Positions 1-9,232 of a stretch of 64,000 bases of DNA are shown here, piece after piece. The notes below the pieces were generated by a model, which worked only from the letters and a program-made list of their open reading frames with translations, did no database searches and was not told the origin of the DNA. Position 1 is the first letter of the stretch. Every line of letters begins with the position of its first letter. This DNA comes from Eledone cirrhosa (taxonomy: Eukaryota). Made by a program: the position numbers and the translations under genes. The stretch spans positions 1,736,001 to 1,800,000 of the forward strand of contig OZ024742.1 of NCBI GenBank assembly GCA_964016885.1, read 5' to 3'.

Positions 1-247
1 GATTTTTAATTTGTTTTCTTATTTTCTAAATATTCCTCTTTGTAATTTCTATTTGATTGGCTTTCCCCAAACAATCATACCCACACCACGATGCTTGAAA
101 TAAGCTACTCTAATATATAAATATATATAGGTATATACATGTATATGTAATGCTTCATATAAGCTACACCGATGTGTGTATATGTATATATATGTATTCA
201 ATGCTTTATATAAGCTACACTGGTGTGTATATATATGTGTATATATA

Positions 248-815
248 TGAGCATAAGAGGAATCAAATGCTGTGTGCAGGAGAGGCGGTTGCGCTGGTAT
301 GGACATGTGATGTGTATGAAGGATGACAGCTGCATAAAAAGGTGCAGAGCACTAGAAGTCGATGGAAACTGCAGAGTGGGGAGACCCAAGATGACCTGGG
401 ATGAGGTGATAAAAGCCGACCTTACCCAATTACACCTCTCAAAGGCAATGACACACGACCGTGACCTCTGGCGTCACGCAGTAATACAGAGTACCCGACC
501 TCCCATGGGTACAAGCTGAAGCATATAGACAATATGCCCCCACACCCCCCACCGCAAGGTGGTCGTGGAGGTGCCACGGCAAAAAAGCACCCAGCCCACA
601 CTGTAAAGTGGACGTGTAGACGCCACGAAAAAGCACCCAGCACTCACTGTAAATGAGGTTGGTGTTAGCAAGGGCATCCAGCTGTAGAAATCAAACCAAA
701 TCAGTTCCTGTATGAGCAAGGCATGGTCAGCCGACCAGACACTGCCCACACCAGGACAACCCGTCTAACCCATGCTAGCGTGGAAGAACGGACGTAAAAT
801 GGTGATGATGATGAT
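248..815 (+). mobile_element. RTE-clade LINE, 5'-truncated 3' fragment with 3' UTR and (GAT)n tail
   Basis: RRLRWYGHV...GRPK.TW...DRDLWR C-terminal RTE motifs; near-identical to 13770-14190. Confidence 0.9.
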
Positions 816-1819
816 ATATATACATATATATATATGAAATGCTTTATATAAGCTAAACTAATGTATATATATGTTGAACCCATTTAAAATGGCGGTATCT
901 GGCCACAATTCTCTCACCTCTTTCTGTTCAAACTGGCTGTAACCAGCCACTCGTATATTCGATATTATATGAGATAATTATGTGAGGAAAAGCCTTTACC
1001 ATGGAAATATAATAATAAATATAAATGTAAATGCTAAAGGTTAAATATGTATACAGACATTAAGGAGGTGAATATGATATAATAAATTTAGTTCAGTTTG
1101 GTTTGTGTTTATATTTCAAACTAACAATAGTCTAAATATTTTTCACCTGAAATAGAACTTCTAGAAATTATTGTTGATTTTTGTGAAAGTGATATTTTAT
1201 TTACATATTTATACATATTTATATATATTTTTATATATTTTGTATATGCATGTGTGTGTGTGTGTGTGAGATATTATTTGTGTGGGTGAAATTTATTGTT
1301 TTTTTTATTGTTGTTTTTAGGATTTTGTTTTGTGTACGATCTCATTAGTGTAACGAAGAAGAATGGTTAATTAGTAGTGTGGAGAATCTTTGTAGTTAGC
1401 TGTAAAATTACAGCTGTTTCACATATTACATATTTCACATTTCAGAGGAAGATTTTTAACTTATTTCATTCACATAACACTCACACTGGCTGGCACTCAT
1501 CTAATCTATTTGAAATCTTGTTTTGGATATTATTAAATAGAATTCATATATATATATATATATACACACATGTATATATATATATGTAGATGTTCAACCT
1601 AATGAAGATATATATACATATATATATATATGTGTGTGTGTGTGAATTTATAATAAAAGGCTTCCATTGTGTGCACTTTGCTCCACATCAGTATTGAGTA
1701 CTTTTTTTTACATCATAAACACACACACACACACCTGAGTGGGTACAAATGAAACAGTAATCAACACAATGTAGAAGTTGAGAATATTTACATCACCGTT
1801 TGACTTATGTGTGTATATA

Positions 1820-1877
<58 letters not shown>

Positions 1878-2047
1878 AGGTGCATTATTGGTTGTGTAAA
1901 ATGGTCCAATAACTTTGTTAGCAATATTAAGTTCTCCACGCTTTTGTATATCTCCAATTCCATTCGAGGGAACAGCTAGATGATGTAAAACGGAGTATAG
2001 GTATCAAAACGAAAATCCGAAGGCAAGGTAAAATTCCAATCATTTAA

Positions 2048-2119
2048 TCACGACACGTTTCAATAAGAGATAGATCGATTGTGAAGCCATGATTGATTAT
2101 CACTGATCTCATCAGGTGA
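2048..2119 (-). ncRNA. Type I hammerhead ribozyme motif with long stem II
   Basis: Minus strand TCAC-CTGATGA-[47-nt imperfect hairpin]-GAAA-CGTG-TC-GTGA; stem I TCAC/GTGA. Confidence 0.65.
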
Positions 2120-2216
2120 AAATGAATTGTCTTCAAATTCTTGATATGAGGGAGAAAAAATAACTATGTTCTCTCACAGAATTCATTCCCTCATATGCCT
2201 TCGGATTTTCATTTTG

Positions 2217-2248
<32 letters not shown>

Positions 2249-2332
2249 ATATTTATATATATAGCAAGTAAGTATGTTTTGAAACAGTGAGCAGGTTTGA
2301 AATTAGAAAATATATAGCTTTCACCGTATTTT

Positions 2333-2614
2333 TGACTAAAGGAATTTTAGCCTGATAATGGGGTTTAGAACCCTCTGATAAATGGAAAAAGATGAGTATT
2401 GACGTACATGGGAGTCGAACCCACATCTGTGGTTATCAGACCACTGTGCTACCATTACACCAACACATCACCCGGGTGATGTGTTGGTGTAATGGTAGCA
2501 CAGTGGTCTGATAACCACAGATGTGGGTTCGACTCCCATGTACGTCAATACTCATCTTTTTCCATTTATCAGAGGGTTCTAAACCCCATTATCAGGCTAA
2601 AATTCCTTTAGTCA
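2333..2614. repeat. Perfect spacerless 282-bp palindrome centred on CCCGGG (2471-2476)
   Basis: The two arms read as exact reverse complements by eye. Confidence 0.93.
2478..2547 (+). pseudogene. tRNA-like element (A box TGGTGTAATGG, B box GGTTCGACTCC), mirrored at 2400-2469 on the minus strand
   Basis: Cloverleaf can be drawn, but the anticodon loop is 6 nt (CTGATA) and the acceptor stem has three G-U pairs; TTTTT follows at about 2557. Confidence 0.7.
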
Positions 2615-2725
2615 TATATATATATATATATATAGTAGTGAAAAAATGGGAGGTTACACAAGTTGAAGAATCGTTCGAGTGAAGCATGTGTCCTCAAATA
2701 TGTTTTTTTAATTTGATGTGGAACT

Positions 2726-2808
<83 letters not shown>

Positions 2809-2848
2809 TAAATAAAAGTCAAATGATTAAAATTTAGCTTCGTTTATT

Positions 2849-2903
2849 ACTGCTATATATATTTCAGTGACAGCCATCTTTGGCTGTGACCTCTTCAGGC
2901 AGT
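2849..2903 (-). ncRNA. Minimal type I hammerhead ribozyme in left pLTR arm
   Basis: Reverse complement of 5652-5706. Confidence 0.8.
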
Positions 2904-4114
2904 TTGAATTAGTATGGTATAGACAAGTACATATGTTGTTTAGGTGTATGATATTGTCAATACTCTGATATGCCCAGTTCCTTGTTGGGTTGTTAATTCA
3001 CTGGGGAACTGGAGTCATATGAATTCAAACAAACGAATTTCAGTGTCACAGGTCCCCTTCTCCTCTCATTGGTCAGTTATTAGAACATTCCTCATTCTAA
3101 GTGTTGTTATTGTTGGAGTTAGCTTAAAAATTGATAAAATGGTAGAAGGGACAAGGTATTAAAGGAACAAAATAACAAAATAACAAAAAAAGTGTCAAAC
3201 TTCCCATTGTTCAGTTCTGAGAGCATTCCTCAGTCAGAAGTCTATAGAATTCTTTCTGGGGTGAGGCTCCCTGTAGTGTTTTTGCCTGCTATTGTTCAGT
3301 ACATTTGACCTCCACCATTATTTTGGTACTGTTGTTGTTGTAGTGGTCAGCTTATATCTTGCTGCTGCTAACAATTTAGAAGTATCCAGTTTGTGTTTTT
3401 TTCTTCATCCCTCCCGCCACCATCGTAGTGGTGGTGGTGGTGGGGGGGGGGGGGGGTCTTTCATGTATATGAAGAAATATATGGCAATAAATGAAGAAAA
3501 CAGAAAATAAATAAATAATATAATAAAGTAATTAATATAATTTGTGTAATTTGAAAATAAATAAATAAATAGAGAATAAAGAATAAAGAGTAAATGAGAG
3601 ATTGGTGAAAAAGTAATGATAATGTATATGGAGAGGTGAGAAATAATGTAGGATAAAGTGTGTGTGTGTGTGCTATAACCAATCTCAAGGTCAGAATATG
3701 TTGGATAGATTGGTATGAGACAAGATGTTAAGATGAGATATTCAATGTGTTTGTGTTATAATCTATCTCAACTTAAAATAAATATAAGGTGATACAGTGA
3801 AGAGGGCAGAAAACAAAAAACAAATTAATAAAGAGAAATCAAGATTTAAGATTGGAACTTGAAAGTCAGAAATCTGGTAAATTAAAAGTGTTTGTGTTAT
3901 AGATGTTGGCCAGATTATTATGGCTGTGTCCGATTCTGTCTCTAGGCTATCATGGTGTCTGCTCCGCCTGGGTTGTTCCCTGTGGCTTGAGGGGAGTTCA
4001 CAACCTAGGGTGTTGTTATTGCCCATATAGCTTGAGGGAGGTTTGGCCGAGAGGTGTTTTCATGTTCTGTAGAAGTCCCTATAGCTTGAGGGGAGTTCAC
4101 ATCCTCTTGTGTTG

Positions 4115-4789
4115 CTACTGTCCATATATCTTGAGAAAGGTCCCGGCTCTAAGGTGTCTGCATGTCCCGAAGAAGTCGGTTCTGAGGTTTATCAGGCCGC
4201 TTCCACCTCTTAGTATCTCGAGGGTCTCGTTCAGGCATAGTTTGCATATGCAAGATCCCCCTTTATCGGGTGGTACTTTCCTGATTATGTACCAGGCCAG
4301 AGAGTATGGGGTCCTGTCCAGCTTAAGCTTCCAGATCAGGTCGGAGAGAGCTGTGCTTTTCCTTTTGGCCTCCTTCTTGAATGAATGGCGATGGTTGTAC
4401 CAGCGGTCCTTAAAGCTCGTTGATGTGGCTCCTATGTAGAGGTGTTCGGAGTTGGGGGTTTTAACCCTACAACCGTACACTAGGTTCTTCTTGAGACATT
4501 CATTACCAAGGGGGCATGATTCGGGGTTTCTGCAGTTGCAGAGGGTGGTCGGCCTCTGCGTGTCTATATTAGGGTTCTCATTATGTGTTACATGTTGGTC
4601 TTCCCCCATGCTCGGTGGGGGGTCCTTGGGTCTGTTTGTGTTTCTTGGGTGGGCTCTGGGTCCCCCCTTCCCTCCTTTCACATGGTTCTGCTGAGTGTTT
4701 GTATTGCCATCTTCTGGTTGTGTGTGGTTTTTAAGCCTACTTCTGTTGATGCTAGCTATGTGTTGGGCCAAATTTCTCGTGGTATTATT
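4115..4789 (-). CDS. GIY-YIG endonuclease C-terminus of a Penelope-like ORF, truncated at the inverted-repeat junction
   Basis: CNCR...CPL...CL...LVY...YIGAT..FK.R..NH..SF, TALS..IW.LK, C.LCL.E, LIN.R...CRH; no internal stops. Confidence 0.9.
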   Translation of the reverse strand, partial: NNTTRNLAQHIASINRSRLKNHTQPEDGNTNTQQNHVKGGKGGPRAHPRNTNRPKDPPPSMGEDQHVTHNENPNIDTQRPTTLCNCRNPESCPLGNECLKKNLVYGCRVKTPNSEHLYIGATSTSFKDRWYNHRHSFKKEAKRKSTALSDLIWKLKLDRTPYSLAWYIIRKVPPDKGGSCICKLCLNETLEILRGGSGLINLRTDFFGTCRHLRAGTFLKIYGQ

Positions 4790-5651
4790 TATTTATTTTA
4801 AGTTGAGATAGATTATAACACAAACACATTGAATATCTCATCTTAACATCTTGTCTCATACCAATCTATCCAACATATTCTGATCTTGAGATTGGTTATA
4901 GCACACACACACACACTTTATCCTACATTATTTCTCACCTCTCCATATACATTATCATTACTTTTTCACCAATCTCTCATTTACTCTTTATTCTTTATTC
5001 TCTATTTATTTATTTATTTTCAAATTACACAAATTATATTAATTACTTTATTATATTATTTATTTATTTTCTGTTTTCTTCATTTATTGCCATATATTTC
5101 TTCATATACATGAAAGACCCCCCCACCACCACCACCACTACGATGGTGGCGGGAGGGATGAAGAAAAAACACAAACTGGATACTTCTAAATTGTTAGCAG
5201 CAGCAAGATATAAGCTGACCACTACAACAACAACAGTACCAAAATAATGGTGGAGGTCAAATGTACTGAACAATAGCAGGCAAAAACACTACAGGGAGCC
5301 TCACCCCAGAAAGAATTCTATAGACTTCTGACTGAGGAACTGAACAATGGGAAGTTTGACACTTTTTTTGTTATTTTGTTATTTTGTTCCTTTAATACCT
5401 TGTCCCTTCTACCATTTTATCAATTTTTAAGCTAACTCCAACAATAACAACACTTAGAATGAGGAATGTTCTAATAACTGACCAATGAGAGGAGAAGGGG
5501 ACCTGTGACACTGAAATTTGTTTGTTTTTAATTCATATGACTCCAGTTCCCCAGTGAATTAACAACCCAACAAGGAACTGGGCATATCAGAGTATTGACA
5601 ATATCATACACCTAAACAACATATGTACTTGTCTATACCATACTAATTCAA

Positions 5652-5706
5652 ACTGCCTGAAGAGGTCACAGCCAAAGATGGCTGTCACTGAAATATATAT
5701 AGCAGT
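5652..5706 (+). ncRNA. Minimal type I hammerhead ribozyme in right pLTR arm
   Basis: ACTGC-CTGAAGA-GGTCACAGCCA-AAGA-TGGCTGTCACT-GAAA-TATATA-TA-GCAGT; stem I ACTGC/GCAGT, long stem II, palindromic stem III. Confidence 0.8.
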
Positions 5707-5880
5707 AATAAACGAAGCTAAATTTTAATCATTTGACTTTTATTTAACTTTACTTTACACTACTCCGGAGTAACCAAACCAACCTGCGCACTTCGTCGAG
5801 TGCTCCAGCCTGCATACTGAGGTGTTGGTATGCAACCAACATAAACTCAAAATCTATATATATTTATATATATATATATA

Positions 5881-6076
5881 TGGGAAAAGAGTCAGAACCC
5901 CGATGGCAGAACTCAAGCTGTTTCGACAGCTATTTCTGGACAGATGTAGCTGTTGAAACAGCTTGAGCTCTGCCGTCAGGGTCCTGACTCTTCCTATTAC
6001 CCACTCTACTACCCTAAGTATTGAGTACTCTGGTGCATTATGGTCCACCTGGTTCCTTACCACACTTCGTTCGTTA
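5881..6076 (+). mobile_element. Unclassified short element with a 46-bp internal hairpin, inserted in (TA)n; relatives at about 12171-12580, 37463-37725, 46370-46495
   Basis: Arms 5887-5932 / 5947-5992; shared 3' end TGGTGCATTATGGTCCA...CTTACCACAC...GTTA(TA)n. Confidence 0.65.
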
Positions 6077-6335
6077 TATATATATATATATATAGTGTTT
6101 TTTTAATAAATAGTATATATATGTGTGTCATCATCATCACCGTTTTATGTCTGTTCTTCCACGCTAGCATGGGTTAGCCGGTTTGTGTAAGACAATTCTC
6201 AGGTATTGGTCTGAAGTGTTTCTGTAGAATGTTCTCAATGTATTATAATTTATAAACTGGGGTCACTTACTTCATGATGATGATGTTGATGAAACCTTAT
6301 ATAGTAAGAGGCTCCATTATATATAGTTAATGGAG

Positions 6336-6525
6336 GGCGGTGGATTGGCAGTATCGGTAGAGGGTCGGACGCCATGCTTTCGAGCATAGTTACGTCCCTT
6401 TACGATCTGAGTTCAAATTCCGCCGAGGTTGACTTTGCCTTTCATCCTTACGGGATCGATAAAATAAAGTACCAGTAATGCACTGGGTAATTGCTGGCCT
6501 TGTGCCTAAAGTAGAAACAATTATA
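6336..6525 (+). mobile_element. tRNA-related SINE family 2 (core GCCTTTCATCCTTACGGGGTCGATAAAATAAAGTACCAG, Meta-domain-like); further copies at about 31643-31830, 41396-41585, 46580-46870, 49153-49380, 49735-49842, 52955-53090(-), 60613-60730(-)
   Basis: A box TGGCAGTATCGG, B box GAGTTCAAATCC, (ATT)n tail, many near-identical copies in the window. Confidence 0.85.
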
Positions 6526-6635
6526 TATAGTTAGTGATGGCAGTTGTGGTAGAACTTAAACATATATCTGTTGTAAGTTTTGATGATGATTATGATGGTG
6601 AAGATAGAATGTTATACCATATAGCTATATGGTTA

Positions 6636-7945
6636 TAGTGATGGTGAAATATTAGACCATATAGCTATAATATTATAGCTATATGGTTATAGTGATGGTG
6701 AAATATTAGAGCATATAGCTATAATATAGATAAGTTATGGTGATGGTGAAATATTAGACCATATAGCTATAATATAGATAAGTTATAGTGATGGTGAAAT
6801 ATTAGAGCATATAGCTATAATATAGATAAGTTATGGTGATGGTGAAATATTAGAGCATATAGCTATAATATAGATAAGTTATAGTGATGGTGAAATATTA
6901 GAGCATATAGCTATAATATAGATAAGTTATGGTGATGGTGAAATATTAGAGCATATAGCTATAATATAGATAAGTTATAGTGATGGTGAAATATTAGACC
7001 ATATAGCTATAATATAGATAAGTTATAGTGATGGTGAAATATTAGAGCATATAGCTATAATATAGATAAGTTATGGTGATGGTGAAATATTAGACCATAT
7101 AGCTATAATATAGATAAGTTATGGTGATGGTGAAATATTAGACCATATAGCTATAATATAGATAAGTTATAGTGATGGTGAAATATTAGACCATATAGCT
7201 ATAATATAGATAAGTTATAGTGATGGTGAAATATTAGACCATATAGCTATAATATAGATAAGTTATAGTGATGGTGAAATATTAGACCATATAGCTATAA
7301 TATAGATAAGTTATAGTGATGGTGAAATATTAGACCATATAGCTATAATATAGATAAGTTATAGTGATGGTGAAATATTAGACCATATAGCTATAATATA
7401 GATAAGTTATAGTGATGGTGAAATATTAGACCATATAGCTATAATATAGATAAGTTATAGTGATGGTGAAATATTAGACCATATAGCTATAATATAGATA
7501 AGTTATGGTGATGGTGAAATATTAGACCATATAGCTATAATATAGATAAGTTATAGTGATGGTGAAATATTAGACCATATAGCTATAATATAGATAAGTT
7601 ATAGTGATGGTGAAATATTAGACCATATAGCTATAATATAGATAAGTTATAGTGATGGTGAAATATTAGACCATATAGCTATAATATAGATAAGTTATAG
7701 TGATGGTGAAATATTAGAGCATATAGCTATAATATAGATAAGTTATAGTGATGGTGAAATATTAGAGCATATAGCTATAATATAGATAAGTTATAGTGAT
7801 GGTGAAATATTAGACCATATAGCTATAATATAGATAAGTTATAGTGATGGTGAAATATTAGACCATATAGCTATAATATAGATAAGTTATAGTGATGGTG
7901 AAATATTAGACCATATAGCTATAATATAGATAAGTTATGGTGATG
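6636..7945. repeat. 48-bp minisatellite, about 27 copies
   Basis: Unit ATAGTGATGGTGAAATATTAGACCATATAGCTATAATATAGATAAGTT. Confidence 0.95.
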
Positions 7946-8420
7946 GTGATAGTGATGAAATGTTAGACCATGTAGATATGAGGTTTAGTGGTTAGAGAGT
8001 TGGATTCACAATTGTGGGGTTGTGAGTTTGATTCCTCGACTGGGCAATGTGTCCTTGAGCAAGACGATTTATTTTACATTGCTCATTCTAGCTAGAGCTG
8101 CAGCCAGTAGATAGTATCAGCAATGGAAACATTGTTTCCTTGGTCCGATTTAATAAGTTCTACCCCACTTGGTAAGCGAATGACATCTGGGATGTTGTTG
8201 ATTATATATAGTTATATATAAGTTGTGATGGTGGAGGTGAAATGTTATAGTTGCTAGGAGGGGTGAGATGTGTCTCTATAGACCAAGTCAGTAGCAGTGG
8301 CTTCTCATATCTCTGACAAGCCAAGAATCTGTTGTCTACGGTCTCATCATGTTCTACTGAGTGCACAAGGGAGGTTGTTACATCTTTGATACCACTGAGT
8401 GTCCTCCCAACCCTTTCTTT

Positions 8421-8469
<49 letters not shown>

Positions 8470-8724
8470 ATATTAGAGTATGGGGTTTAGCCAAACAGAG
8501 ATGTGTTCAAGAGAAGGGCTACCGGCCGTTTTCATTACTTCCTAAACTGATGAACACTTCCACCTAAATTATTAGGGTCATACAGGGGCCGACCATCGAA
8601 GAAACAACCCCCTGCATTTGGCCGGTCCCCTGTATCATGGAAAGAACATTTTTTTGGAGAAATTGTTGGATTTTTCCAAATTTAAAGGTTTCTTAGGAAC
8701 TTTCAATGTTTATTTTAGGTTTTA

Positions 8725-8782
8725 CCGTCTGAAGAGCTCAGGCTGTCATAACTGATAGTCTTCAGTGAAATATGTATAACGG
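8725..8782 (+). ncRNA. Minimal type I hammerhead ribozyme motif
   Basis: CCGT-CTGAAGA-GCTCAGGCTGTCA-TAAC-TGATAGTCTTCAGT-GAAA-TATGTA-TA-ACGG; stem I CCGT/ACGG. Confidence 0.7.
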
Positions 8783-8890
8783 AGTTTTAAATAAACCTGA
8801 ATAAACTGAATATGGCCTCTGATATTTTATTAATACATATATACATATATATACATATATGTATATGTATACATATATGTATATGTATAT

Positions 8891-9180
8891 GAAAGGTTGT
8901 GAGTTCAATTCTCAGACCGGGTGATGTGTTGTTTCCTTGAGCAAGACACTTTATTTCACATTGCTCCAGTTTACTCAGCTGTAGAAATGAGATGATAGGA
9001 ACAGGGGTCCCTATCATTCCACTGCAAAGTGGTCGTGGAGGTGCCAAGACAAAAAAGCACCCAGCACTCACTGTAAATGAGGTTGGTGCTAGGAAGGGCA
9101 TCCAGCTGCAGAAATCAAGCCAGAATCAGTTCCCATCCGACCCTTGCAAGCAGGGAAAAAGCGGATGTAAAATGAAATGA
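8891..9180 (+). mobile_element. tRNA-derived SINE family 1, 5'-truncated
   Basis: Near-identical to the full-length copy at 38950-39295. Confidence 0.88.
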
Positions 9181-9232
9181 AATTTCATTTCCCACTCTTA
9201 GTACGGCTGTTACTTAAATATAAGTATGTATA

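Larger units (their letters stand above)
2803..5854 (-). mobile_element. 5'-truncated Penelope-like element (Naiad-type GIY-YIG) with inverted pLTR copy
   Basis: About 970-bp inverted repeats 2803-3784 / 4790-5752 flank a GIY-YIG ORF; each arm carries a hammerhead; bounded by (TA)n. Confidence 0.88.

Noticed and set aside
1349-1399. Short open stretch CNEEEWLISSVENLCS* after an AG as a possible exon
   Set aside because: No convincing donor site or homology
2478-2547. Functional tRNA-Ile(GAT) gene
   Set aside because: 6-nt anticodon loop, weak acceptor stem and an anticodon atypical for eukaryotes; kept as tRNA-like only
2803-4114. Selenocysteine recoding or SECIS in the Penelope-like element
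   Set aside because: No in-frame TGA in the endonuclease and no SECIS I could fold by eye; SECISearch would be needed
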